NCBI GenBank assembly: GCA_020184695.1
Contig: JAANOX010000122.1
Location: forward strand, 1 to 57,031
Length of the DNA: 57,031 nt
Direction of reading: 5' to 3'
From: Histomonas meleagridis 2922-C6/04-290x
Taxonomy: Eukaryota; Protista; Parabasalia
In this document: positions 1 to 12,600 of the stretch, in pieces
How the letters are laid out: every line of letters starts with the position of its first letter
Position numbering within the stretch: position 1 is the stretch's first letter
Program-made: the position numbers and the translations under genes
The notes under the pieces: model-generated
Told to the model about the DNA's origin: nothing
Seen by the model: only the letters and a program-made list of their open reading frames with translations
The model's database searches: none

Positions 1-988
1 AATTAATTTTACACCATGTACGCGCCATGTGCTGTAAGTTTGGAGATTCTGACTTAATGCTTATATTGCCTTTTGTAAACGATCGCTCAGATGTTAAAAT
101 AATTGAAAATAATATTAAAAGAATAGGGTTTGAAACAAATAATTGTGATATAAGATTTTGTTCTAATGAAGAAATATCGCTATGGCATTCACGATTTTCT
201 GAAGTGTTCGAAAAAGGTTTTTTTATATTAATTTTACGAATGGGTTTTGGGAATGTTTCTCATTATTGTTGGAGACTTGAATTTCAAGCGCGTGGCGCAC
301 CCCATGTACATGCTTTAATTTGGCTTCATAAACGTATTTCAGTTGAATCACTTCATGAATAATATTTTGCGCATGCACCAAATCCAGAGCTAAGAAAAAT
401 GTATCATTTAGTAAATTCTGCGATGATTCATAATTGTAGAATTCAAAAATGTCTAAAAGGTTCTCCTGACGGAAATTGTAAATATGGTTTTCCAAAACTA
501 CCATGCCATGAAATGTTCATAAATGAAGATGGTGAAATTTTTCTTCCACGTGATGAATATGGAACTAGAATTATTGAATATACACCTATTTTTCTATATT
601 AGTGGGGTGGTCACTGTCACATGCACATTTTCAGACATACAATGCATGAAAAATACTCACCAAATGCAGTACATTATATCGTTAAATATAATTATAAACC
701 CGAACCAAGTTCGAGATTACAAGTTTCGGATCAATCAAATAATTATAAAACAAGTTTTAATGCAAGGGTAGTGTCAGTTAAAGAAGCTTTAACCAAAATA
801 GTAAGTTTGAATTATTTTGGTTACGATGCATCATAATTATATGTTCCAATTAAACCACCAGAAAATCGACAAGTCACTTTCGATAAAGGTAATCAAATCC
901 AAATATCTTGGGTTGACAAATATTTACGTCGCTCAGAGGAATTAGAAAGAATGGGCATCTTAACAATTTCATATATGATTATATTGGA
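1..988 (+). pseudogene. Helitron RepHel, HUH Rep-domain fragment (5'-truncated by the window edge)
   Basis: ORFs 27..362, 399..602 and 621..836 share one frame, separated by TAA/TAG/TAA. Motifs: RLEFQARGAPHVHALIWL (HUH motif 2), MIHNC...C...CKYGFPK, WGGHCH, AVHYIVKYNYKP (YxxKY motif 3). The frame continues to DKYLRRSEELERM. Confidence 0.85.
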
Positions 989-1102
989 TTGTTGATTTCT
1001 TCGCCATTGTTTGTATTTATCAATAGAACCACTCATATCGACCCCAAGAACATTGAGATAAGTAGCTATTTCATTATCTATACCCTTTTGGCTATTTAAC
1101 AT
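989..1102 (-). pseudogene. N-terminal fragment of virus-like element ORF W (long variant)
   Basis: MLNSQKGIDNEIATYLNVLGVDM matches the sequence reading leftward from 38305; it lies immediately downstream of the ATPase, as in that copy. Confidence 0.7.
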
Positions 1103-1133
1103 TGAAAAAAAATAAATATTAATTTTTCATTTT

Positions 1134-1934
1134 TTATTCAATTTTTATTTTTCGATTATTCACATCGACGATCATTTTTTGATGTCCTGACAGTTTTTGA
1201 TAAACGGAATAAATTCGATCTTTAGTATAGAGCAATGGTATTTGAGCTATCATATAACTTAATTGTTGTTTAGAGAAATTAGGAAATATAAATATAGTAC
1301 TTACATTAGCTTTAACTTCAGCAGGTAAAGATTTCCAAAATTGTACAGCGAAAAATACAGAACATTGAATATGAGCTAATTTAGTAAATAATTGATTAAA
1401 ATAATTAGTAGGTTTTTTAAATAAAGGACTATTAGCACAATCTTCAAAAAATATTATAGTATGTAAAGTTAAATTATTAAAATTATTAATATATAATTTT
1501 TCAAATAATTCAGATATTTGATTATCTACTATTTTTATTTTTCCAATGGATATTTTTAATTTCATTATAAAATTGTATCCATTTTAATATATCTTTAACT
1601 ATTTCTTCTGCTTGATTTTCAGCTACATATAATATTGGAATCTTTATTAAAGGTTTTAATGATTCAAAAGTGGGATCGTTTTCTAATCCATTTTTATTAA
1701 TATAAATTAATAAATGAGTTCTAGGACTAATATTACTAATTTTAATAATTTCTCTAATTATACATTGAGTTTTCCCACTTCTTTGTCTACCTACTGCTAT
1801 ATTTAAAGAATTATAAGGTACATTCACCACTGGATGAATTTCACTTATTAATTCTTCATTTAATTAGGTTTATTTTTATATAAACAATAATCAATCATAT
1901 TATCTAAGGCATCAATATTAATATCGTTTTCCAT
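1134..1934 (-). pseudogene. A32/FtsK-HerA-type DNA packaging ATPase, copy 1 (frameshifted)
   Basis: Walker A GRQRSGKT, Walker B TIIFFED, then LAHIQCSVFFAVQFWKSLPAEVKANVSTIFIF. Near-identical to 27431..28232 and 38338..39146; single-base frameshifts near 1530 and 1860. Confidence 0.85.
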
Positions 1935-1973
1935 AAAATAAAATAATTTTATAAAATCAATTCATTATTATTA

Positions 1974-2350
1974 ATGGAATCTATTTATACGTGTTTTTGC
2001 ACAAGAATTTAAAGATTGTGATTTTAGTGCTATAAATATTAAACCTTCGTTTTCTATTGTAAAAAATAAAAATGTAATAACATTAACTGTAACTGTGTAT
2101 AATAAATATCATAATTTATTAAGAAAACAAATTTATAAATTTATAGATGAAAAATATCATCCTACTATAAAGAATCCTTTACAAAATATAACACCTGAAC
2201 AATTAGATCAAGCTTATCAGATATCTAAAATGGAATTATTAAATCAAATATTTAATGATGATTTTAACAAATATAATGCTCTTGTAAATAAATTGAATGT
2301 TATACAAAATTATGCTGACTCAGTAATGCCTCAAAATCATCAGCATCAAA
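1974..2350 (+). pseudogene. Conserved unknown ORF ('MEALY'), divergent from the ATPase, copy 1
   Basis: Homologous to intact ORFs 28273..28671 and 39186..39578; extra T in a T-run near 1993. Confidence 0.75.
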
Positions 2351-2359
2351 ATTATTTAT

Positions 2360-2640
2360 TAATAAAAATAATGATATTGATATTTTTTTATATCGTACGA
2401 AAAGTAACACTTTTTGAATAAATAAATGGTCGATAATTTTTATGTATAGGGGAAGTGATAAAAAATTGAATTGAATTTGATCGTGTTTTACCACTTGTGA
2501 ATTAACGATAGATTCAATTTATACGGTTTAGTTCCATTTATGGATTAAAATTATTTTTAATAATATCGACTCGGGACAAATCTCAACTCATAAAATAATC
2601 AATACCGATCAGTAAACTAATCAATCAACTATATTTGATC
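2360..2640. repeat. Non-coding segment shared with about 39590..39840, downstream of MEALY
   Basis: Shared blocks such as ttgatcgt...ccact..tgaattaacgatagattcaattt and atcagtaaacta occur in both copies. Confidence 0.55.
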
Positions 2641-2929
2641 GTAATGTATTATAATCATTATGACACTTTTGTATAGTACGATAGAGTGATATTAAAAATT
2701 AACGTGCAATTTTGGTGTGTCCTGTGGCTATAAATCAAAGTCGCCGTTGGTTCTCAAAAGTGGGATTGAATGATTTACTGATCGTCACCACATCTGATCG
2801 ACTGCTTTTCATTCGTTATTTTATTCATGCAATTTGAGATTGATAAGATAGTGCAACACGAAATAAGATTCAATTATCATAATGGACAAGTAGTATGATT
2901 CCTTGGCAGATGGTCTATTGACCAAACGT

Positions 2930-3581
2930 TCAGCTGGGTCAGATTCGAAGATCTCAATGCATTTCATCTTTTATACCAATACATGATACAATTAAAATCA
3001 GAAGACATATGAAAGATAATGGACATAATCCAGTAAAAGTTTAATGACTAATTTTTTATTGTATTGTGTTAGCATCTGAGATTAATGCTGATAAAGCACC
3101 TTGATTGCCTGTTGGAATAATAATCTGTAGAACTGAATACAAAAGTAATATCATTATTAGCAAAGAGATTTCGCGACAATGGCGTAAATATCCTAGATGT
3201 GTTAGCAGGTTGAGATGTATCATAAATACATGTCCTGATGGATTACTATCACCTGTCCCAAAATTAAGATCACCTGGAATAGAACCAGCATAAACATACA
3301 CAATTGCCCAACGAATAATGTTACCTTGAGGAGCTTCACACACCAGAAGCGTATGATGAATTAATAGTATTGTTCTTCTTAACCTTACGCATACCTTGTA
3401 CTGTTATAGGAGGCACAATACTGTAGTGATAAGTAGAACCAGAAGTAATTTCAATTGCTGAATTCTCTTCGTAAGTTGTAAATGTTGCATACTTGTTACG
3501 ACGTCCACCTGGAAGTAGTGATAGATGTGAATAGATCATTTTATGGCTCAAAATGAATTCATTTCGTTGGATTTCATACAA
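2930..3581 (-). pseudogene. Degraded unknown gene with a possible C-terminal hydrophobic segment
   Basis: Overlapping ORFs 3336..3581 and 3056..3343, plus LSFICLLILIVSCIGIK near 2970-3020; no family recognised. Confidence 0.2.
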
Positions 3582-3612
3582 TCAGGCCAATAGTCCGTAA
3601 GATCAATAGATA

Positions 3613-5286
3613 CCGTCAGTGGATAAACTCGAAACACTGGATGAACTCGAAACAGCGGTTATTTTTAATTTTACAAAAATAAAATTCAAAAATTCAATTT
3701 TAGAGTGTTTTTTACTTTTTTGCTTTCCTTTCTTTAAACAAATTATGAACATCATCAGATGTTATTATTTTGCTCGCCAAAGAAAACCGTTTGGTTGTTT
3801 TCCCGTCCGAGAAAAGTGGATTTTCCGTATCGTCAATGATTGTTGGGTTTTCCAAAACTTTTAATGGATTTCTTGGAAATAACCCAGTGCTCCGGGTGCT
3901 TTCGAATGCTGCTTCAGTATTAATGTCAATGATAACAGTTTGCATTGAAGAAATCAATGCAAGTATTATTATTTCTCTTTTTTGATCAAGTGTAAATTTT
4001 TCCGATTTATTTTTCTTTAAATATTTGGCTTTAAGCTTTCGAACAACCTTTTTATAATATGCACGTAATGATGCAGCAATTACAACATCAAACGGTTGAA
4101 TGATGTGTGTCAAATGGCTCGGAAAAGTGCATACTATAATATTATTTTTTCGGAAATTTTTTATCGCTTTTGGGTTCTCTCTTGATGTATGGGAATCCAA
4201 AAACAACAATATTGGCTGACCGGGGTCCATACCATTCCTTTCTTTATACGAATGAATGCAATTGGTGAAATAAACCGAATATTCATATAATAAATCTTGT
4301 GTCATTGAACCATTCGTATTTGCATAGATTGGAAAGTTTTTTTCATCAGATAAATTTTTTAACACTTGTGGAACATTTAATAGACCACCGATAATCAAAG
4401 ATGGCATCGGGAAGTCATGATTCGTTGAAAACGTAATCACAGCAGAAAAATGATTATTGATTTGATTTTGAGTTTTGCAAACCGGTCTTTTCAAATTTTT
4501 AGGTGCTGCGACCATTGTAATGTCATTCCAGTTGATTCCCATTTCATCCATATTAAAAATTGCATTTTTGGGGAATAATAACGAAATATCTTGTGTGAAT
4601 ATGTTATCAAACCAAAATAAAATATTTGATGCACAAGATGCTTGTGCACGTGAAATATCCAATGAATCAGGCTTGACAAGCTTTAATTCGTGTTTTTTAA
4701 AAAATTTGTACACCCAATCCACCTCGGGTTTAATTACTTCTATATTAACTTCGTTTTTGACTTTTTTTGTGATTTTATAAGATCAGCAAATGCATTGGCA
4801 AACTTAATTTGTTCAACTCTAAATGTATATGCTTTGTTTTGTATTTCTTCAACATTTGGTGCTTTGTTTTTGTCATTTCTCTTGATAATCCATTGTTTTA
4901 ATTATTCTTGATATCGTGGGTTCAAATAAAGTGCTGTTCCCGACTGTTTTTTATGTTTATTTGAACCCAAATCCGCTATTGTATCTAAACCGAGTGCGTG
5001 CGATATTAAGACTCCATAAAAATAATTTGTGGAAACGAAGAACTCTTTGGCAATTGGTCGTATGACACCTGGATTTTCCTCGGCTGCAGTTACCATTTGG
5101 TAGTATTTTGACTTGTGTGACCTTACAGCAGCGGATAATTTTAATATTCTGCTATCTCTTGACGATAACATTAAAAAAAATGGAGTGAAAAACAGTTTTT
5201 CATAGTTTTTAATGAAATTTAAAAAATTAAAATATGACCCCCCCTGTTTCGAGTTTATCCAGTGTTTCGAGTTTATCCACTGACGG
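3613..5286 (-). mobile_element. pogo/DDE_1 (Tc1-mariner superfamily) DNA transposon, full length
   Basis: 43-bp TIRs (3613..3655 and 5244..5286, 1 mismatch), each with an 18-bp internal tandem unit (ggataaactcgaaacact). TA flanks both ends (3611-12, 5287-88). Confidence 0.9.
3712..5171 (-). pseudogene. pogo-like DDE transposase (one in-frame TAA, one homopolymer frameshift)
   Basis: IFNMDE, LLFLDSHTSR, HLTHIIQPFD. N-terminal part 4902..5171 reads through TAA into LKQWII...; frameshift in an A-run near 4765. Confidence 0.85.
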
Positions 5287-5586
5287 TATAATAGACCCCG
5301 AGATTATTATAATTATTTTGGCTTTAAGAACAGTATACAGGAACAAATACATTTAGCAGATTACAAGGGTCACTGGTTTCTATATGAAACAAAAAAAAAA
5401 CACCAATTAATGATAATCTTGTAATAGCTACTAAATAAAAACTCAATAGTTTACGCTTTGTAGTCGAATTGGAAAAAAAGGGTTTAATTTAACTAAAAAC
5501 TAAATAAAAATGATTTTTTTTTGAATCATTGCACATTTATTTAATTTATGATAATATGATGATTTGGTCAAATAATTACTTTTTAT

Positions 5587-5998
5587 TTAATAATCATCAG
5601 GAGTACCATTAGCATAATATTTCAAACCGTTATGCAAATCTAATGTGAAATAAGTATCACGACATATAAATAATTGTGGTGCAGGTGGATGATTTCCAGC
5701 ATCATCGACATTATAATAAGTATCATTAGCTTGTGTATAAATAGGTTGTCCCTTAATTTGTATTGGTATATTTTGTCCATTAGAATCTAAACCATCAAAT
5801 ACGTAACCACCACGCGAACGTTCACATTGTATATTAAGCATAAATGAAGTAGCATCACTTAATGTATTATTATATCTTGTACCATTAGAAGCATTCCTAT
5901 CCATAGTTAAAGAATCTTCAAATTCTTTAGTACATTGTATACCACCATCTAAATCAGAAGCAACTAATTGATATTGTAAAAATCTCGCACCTATTGAT
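5587..5998 (-). pseudogene. Putative major capsid protein, C-terminal fragment
   Basis: GARFLQYQLV...CERSRGGYVFDG...HPPAPQLFICRDTYF...NGTPDDY*, near-identical to the C-termini ending at 40343 and 52133. Confidence 0.7.
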
Positions 5999-6029
5999 GC
6001 AATCAAATAATGAACAAATTTTAATCGGA

Positions 6030-6420
6030 CGGCCCCCTTTACTAACACCAGAAGAACACGAAGATGTAAAGACATACATCTGATGATTTTGTCGCAGAAT
6101 GCCAAGAAGAACAAAACATTATCATTAAACCCATTCCGCTTCACACCAGCGATCAAATACAACCATTAGATCTGGGTATCTTATGAAAATTTAAAACATT
6201 ATGTTCGATCATTTTCATTACCAAGAGGACTGAATAAGCAAACGCAGAAGATCATGTAAATATACGATGTATATGGACAGCGACATGTCCAAAGAATGTT
6301 GTAGGTGCATATAGAGTTGCAGATATTATATCGCATTATAACGAAGATTTTGATTGTTAATACAGAATATGCAAGGCATGTTCGGCATTTTCAACAAGAA
6401 TCATCCAGCATGAAGAAAGA
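6030..6420 (+). pseudogene. pogo/DDE_1 transposase C-terminal remnant
   Basis: IPLHTSDQIQPLDLGI and LNKQTQKIM*IYD...WTATCPKNVVGAY, similar to the C-terminus of the 22-kb transposase. Confidence 0.6.
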
Positions 6421-6625
6421 TAATAAAAAACTTTTTCACATGTTCAGATAACTGATTTTAATAAAAAATTATTTTAATTTTTAATATTTCAAATTAAAAT
6501 ATAAAAAGAATATAATAAATAATAAAATATTTATAATATTTTATAAAAAAAAATTGGTTAACCAGGGGTTTATTCTGGGACTATAGGCACGTTCAAAATA
6601 AACTACTGAATCGTCGTATCGGCGA

Positions 6626-9600
6626 ATGAGAACGTTTAAAATAGCGATGTTGAACCCCCGCCCGGATGGAACGAGCGAGCTGGAGGAGATACTCGGAGAG
6701 GACGAAATAGATTTGTCTCTATTGAAGGAGGAAGTAATTTCTTCGGATATGAACAATGAATTAAAAAATTACGTGATACAAAAAATATTTAATGATGAAA
6801 TTGAAATTAATGATGATAATATTTGTGATTTGCTTTCAATTCTGAATATTCTTGATTTTAAAATTACTTTAAATTACAACAAGATTACTAAAGAAATTAT
6901 TGAAATTCTAGGAAAATGTTCGCCTAATCATTTGGTACACTACCAGTTTGTTAAGGTTGTTAAAAGGTCATTTCCAAAAACTTTAAATACATTTATATCT
7001 CAAGATATCATTGATTATTTTAATAATACTATTGAATCTATTTTTCAGTCGGATGATAAAAATTATGATTTAATACGACTATTACTACAAACCATAAAAT
7101 TTTATGGAAATGAATTCAAATATAAAGACAATTCATTACCACTTGATTTTGTTATGACACGATACTCACGTGAAGAAATTAATCCTGTTGAACAATTCAA
7201 ACAATATTATTATATTCTCGAGAATACAAACGATAATCCTTTTCTTATTCAAGATTTGCTTGTTGAATTAAACAGACTTAGTGAATTTATGACGGTTAAT
7301 GAAGCAGAACTAATTTCAAATTGTTTAGATTTAATATTAAATTTAAAATGTAAAACAGATACATTATTTCTAATTCAATGTATTGATATTAATTTATTTG
7401 TAGCGAAATTAAAATTAATGCAGAAATTTGATCAACGAAAACAAGTAATTTTATTTTTAGAAAATACATTTTTTAAGGAAAAATATAATGAGAACATAAT
7501 AAACTTAATAATTCAACAAATTGATATTGAATCAGAAGATGAAATGCAACAAATAATTTATATATTAGAAGAAATAATAGCAAATATAAATAAATTCGAA
7601 ACGAAAGAAGAAATTAAAAAAAATTGTTTTTTAGGAATTCGAATGATTCATCATTTATATTTATTAATATTTATCAATTCTAAAATAAAAATAATTAATA
7701 ATTATAGTGAATTAATAAATTTGTTGTTAAAACATTTTGTTTTATTAAATAATATATCAAATGAATCAGAAACATATATATTAAATAATATTCCACATGG
7801 ATATCATAAAGATGAATCATTTTTTCTTGATATTTTCTCTGATTCTTTTATCAATATTCAATCACAGCATATAATATATCAAAAAATTAAAGAATATTTA
7901 AAATGTTTTTTTGATTGTATTAATTTTCTTTCATATAGAATTACTGAAATATTATTTGAAAAATGTATAAATTATAAAAATAATTTAGATAAAAAACAAA
8001 ATAATTATTTTTATGATATTTTTATTAATAAAATTTTAAATGATAACAATTTATTATTTATTTATTTTAACGCATATATTAATTTATTGATTAATTCATT
8101 TGAAACTAATGAAAATATATTTCAAGAAATTGTTTTATTTAATAAATTTATGGAATTATTACTAAAATCAAATTACATTAAATCTAAAAAATTATTTCAA
8201 AAAGAGAAATTAAAAAAATTTACAAATTTGTTGTTTTTGTATTTTTTTTCATATAAAAAAGATAAACTTTTCATTAGAACTATTTCGAATTTGTTTAAAA
8301 CATTAAAATTTTTATTAATTGATGAAAAATTATTCAACAAATTATTTTCTATCACGAAACTCAAAAAATTTCTTCAACATGTATTTAGAAATAAAAAGAA
8401 TTCAATAAATTTAAGCAACTTTATAATCGAATGGTTAAATAATATTAACGGTATAAATTTATTAAATGACGAAATAATAATTTCATTTTTAATTGATTCA
8501 ATTCAATATACACCAAATGAATCATTAAAAATTTTAAAACAATTTAATAAAATTACAAAAAATCAAATTTTTATTGAACAATTCTTAAATTTGATTAATA
8601 ATCCAAATGTTGATAAGACATTAATCGATTATTATATCAATATAATACCTAAAAAGAAATTAATATATTCGAATGAAGCTGTATCTAAAGTTCCAACTGA
8701 TTTCAAAATTTCTTTTTTGTATAAATCATTATCATTTGAATTAAATCCTTTTCAAGTATATAAAGAAATCAAAAAAATTATTAAAATGAAAAATCCGACA
8801 ACAATATTTAATTATATACAAACATTTCCACAAAATGATTTTAGTTCTCCTCCTTCAATATTACATAATTTATTAAGAGAAACTACTAATATAATCAATG
8901 AAAACAAAGAACAATTTCCAGAGTTAATTGAAATAATAATAAAAATAATTTGTTTTGAAGTTGAAACTTATTATAATAAAACTAAATCTATTATTCAAGA
9001 GATTTCTGAATCATTTAAAGAATATTTAATTATTTCGTTGGGTTTATTAGATAAACCTATTTATGTATCGATTAAAAATAAAGAAGAATTTAATACTATT
9101 GTTAATAAAATTACATTTATTTTAAGTAGTACTTATATAAATTCAATATTTTTAGCTTGTAAAATTGTTAAATATTTCATTAATTCAATTGATATTGATT
9201 TCATTGATTTTAAAACATTAATAATATTCATTGATAATTTCATTATTAATAAATTAAAACTTAAAAATTGTTTTAATTATCATGAAAACAAAAGTTTAAA
9301 CTTTTTCGAACTTGAATTTCTTCCAACTAATATTTACAATTATATAATTTTCATTAAAGAAAACATTAAAAAATTAAATCCAAATGATTTTATTAATATA
9401 ATTTTAGAAACTAATTCAAACTTATCACGAATTTATTATAGTGAGTTATTAACATCAATGAATAAAACATCTAAAGTTAATTTTAATCAAATTATTTCTA
9501 AAAAAGATTTTAAAATTGATTCTGTTTTAGTTAGAGCGTTTCCGAATTTGTTTGATCGAATCGAAAATCAAATTTATAAATTTTCTGATTCAACAAATTT

Positions 9601-12600
9601 ATATAATGTAAATGATATTATTTCATTATGTACATTTGATTATACTGAAAAACGTATTAATGTGTATTTAGAATATATCATGAAAAACATTAAAAACATA
9701 AAAATTTTTGATTACATTTATATATTTAAATATCTTCGATTTGCTTTTGATAATGGAAATAATGAAACCCAAAAAAATATAAATAATTTGTCTAATATTT
9801 TAGAAGAGAATTTAAAACATAAATTAAATAATTATTCGGAATATTTATCATATTTTTTCATATTAAATCCTAATAAAGTAACAAATATTATAATAAAAGA
9901 ACTAAAAAAATCAGAAAATTTAGAAAAGAACATTAATGAAATTTTATTGTTTATTAATTCTACAAATTTTGTTAAATTTATTATAGAAAATGATTTCTTT
10001 GAGATAATATTTGAAGAAATTATTAATATTTATTATGATAAAATATACATTGATAAAATAGAAATTAAAATTCGAAATTTTTTAAATTATTCTGTAAAAT
10101 TAACAGCAAAAACATTAAGTGAAAAATTAAATTCTAAAAATTTCATTACTTTTTTACTTTATTTACTAAATTTTTCGTATTTTGATGGTATTTTTAAGGA
10201 AATTATTCGAAATGATATATTTAAAAAACATTTTTATGAATATCCTGAAACATTAACAATAGCAATAAAATATAAACAAAAGTCATTAAAATTTAATATC
10301 ATCAAACAAAGCATACAAAAATATAATTTTAAATTATTATTGCAATGGTGTTTTGATAATGATTATTATATTGAAATATTAAATGATTTAATACAATATA
10401 AATGCAAGTTATATATGAAATATTATAAATTTTTATTAAAAAATAAAAGAAAAAAAATTACTAATAAAATCCAAAATTATTTAATAAAAAACAAAAAAAT
10501 TGATATAAAAACAAAAAATATTTTAATAAAAGAATTATCATTAACTAAGAAAAGAGAAATTCTTCAAAATATTTTTGAAGTAAATGATGATGATATAAAA
10601 TTATATTTATTAGCCAAGAAATTTGGAATTAATTTAACATTTGAAAACGAATTTATAATTTCCGAAAATTATTTATATCCAAAACAATATTTTATTGATT
10701 TTTTAAGTTATAAACATAGGCAAATCATAAATTCATTTCCAATTGAAAACTTATTAATTTCATATCAAAACAATATAATTTTATTTAATCGCTTATTAAA
10801 ATTCATAAAAATGAATCGTTACATATATCCAAATCCATTTAAACAATTTTCTCTTTATTTTTATACTTTTTTTAATGAAGAAGTTTTTACATGTGATAAA
10901 CTTCAACATTATATTAAAACATTTACATTATTTTGTTCATTTTTACCATTACCAAATGAAATCACTAAGCTAAATGAATACTTTGGCTTAAAATTATCGA
11001 AATTTGCGAAATTTCTTTTACCGTTTTATATAAAAAGTGAAATATTTAATAAAACATATTCGAAATTTTTTGGATATTTAATATCATTGATTGAATTATT
11101 CCAATCTAAAAATGAGTTTATACCAATTTACATTAATTTATTAGCAAATTCATTTAAAGAAAATAAATATTTATTAAGTTTACAACTTTTGGAACCAATT
11201 CCAGAGTTTATTCGATTATTAAAAGATTCTTTTTATATTAATGAGTTTATAAAAATGTTAATACCAATGATTAATGTTAATAACTTATATTGGCCGAATA
11301 TAATGAATTCATTGATAAATTCTCATGATGATAATATTAAAAACATTGAAATTGAACCATTTCTTAAATTCATTTTATATTATAATAAAAATCCTTCTCA
11401 AGAACTGATTGATATTGCATTAAATTTCATGAGTAATAATAAAACAAAACCTTTTAATGATATAATTTCGAATGCAATGGCTAATTGGATCATTAAAAAG
11501 AATAAAAATAAAACAATTTCTGTTTTAGGTGAAGAAATTAATAATTTTGACATCTCTAAATGGTTTATTTTTGGTTTTTTTAAACAAACAACAAAATCTG
11601 TTGATTATTCTCAAGAAATAAAACATTTTGTGGATAATAAAAATTTATACAAATCATTTTATAATGAAATGCCAATTGAGATAATACTCAATTTTATTGA
11701 TGCTAATTCATTATATGTTATACCTATTAATAAATTAAATTTTATTAAAGATTATCATGTTAAAATTAATATTAATAGTAATTATTCATTTGATTTATAT
11801 AATAGTTTTGGTATATCTAAAAAATATTCCATTATATTAAATCGTTGTATTGATATCCAAATAAAAAATCAAATTCATTATAAAAATAAAGTATTAAATG
11901 GAATTAATAAATACTTTACAAATGATATTTCTAATTGGAATTTACAAGAAAATGAAAACGAAAATTATTTATATGAAATAATTAAAAAAATTAATAATAA
12001 AAATTATGATAATTTCGATCAACTTATTCCTGATTTAAATGAAATTTTAGTGAAAATTGATAACAATTTAAATAAGAACACAATTCCAATATATTTATTA
12101 GTCACAAATTTAATAAAAAATCAAAACTTTTCATATGTTTTAAATAAATTTGATACATTTGAATTACATGACCAATATAAAATTATACGCGAATATTTTC
12201 AACTTGAATTTTTCGATGATATTAAACATATTAAATCATATGAAAAGTCAAGAAATTTATATAATTTCGAAATAAAACAAATTTATCAACCTGAAATAAT
12301 AAATAATAAAACAATAAATGAATTTTTATTATATTCACTTTATAATTCATCGAATATAAATATTAATGAATTTGTTTCATATATTATTGAACCAAATGAT
12401 TTGTTATATTTAGCATTATATTTAAATCGTATCGAAATAAAAAATGTTTCGAATAAAATTATTTATTTTCCAATAATTTGGTCATTACTTTTCTCAACAG
12501 AAAAGAAAAATGATAAAACATTTGAAAAATATTTATATCCTTCGACAAACATTAATAAACAATTTTTCGACTCTATAACTGAATTTACTGAAATGAAACA

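Noticed and set aside
893-1102. ORF 893..1102 and ORF 5587..6162 as real full-length genes
   Set aside because: Both are chimeras: viral sequence runs into the antisense strand of an adjacent Helitron or pogo fragment.
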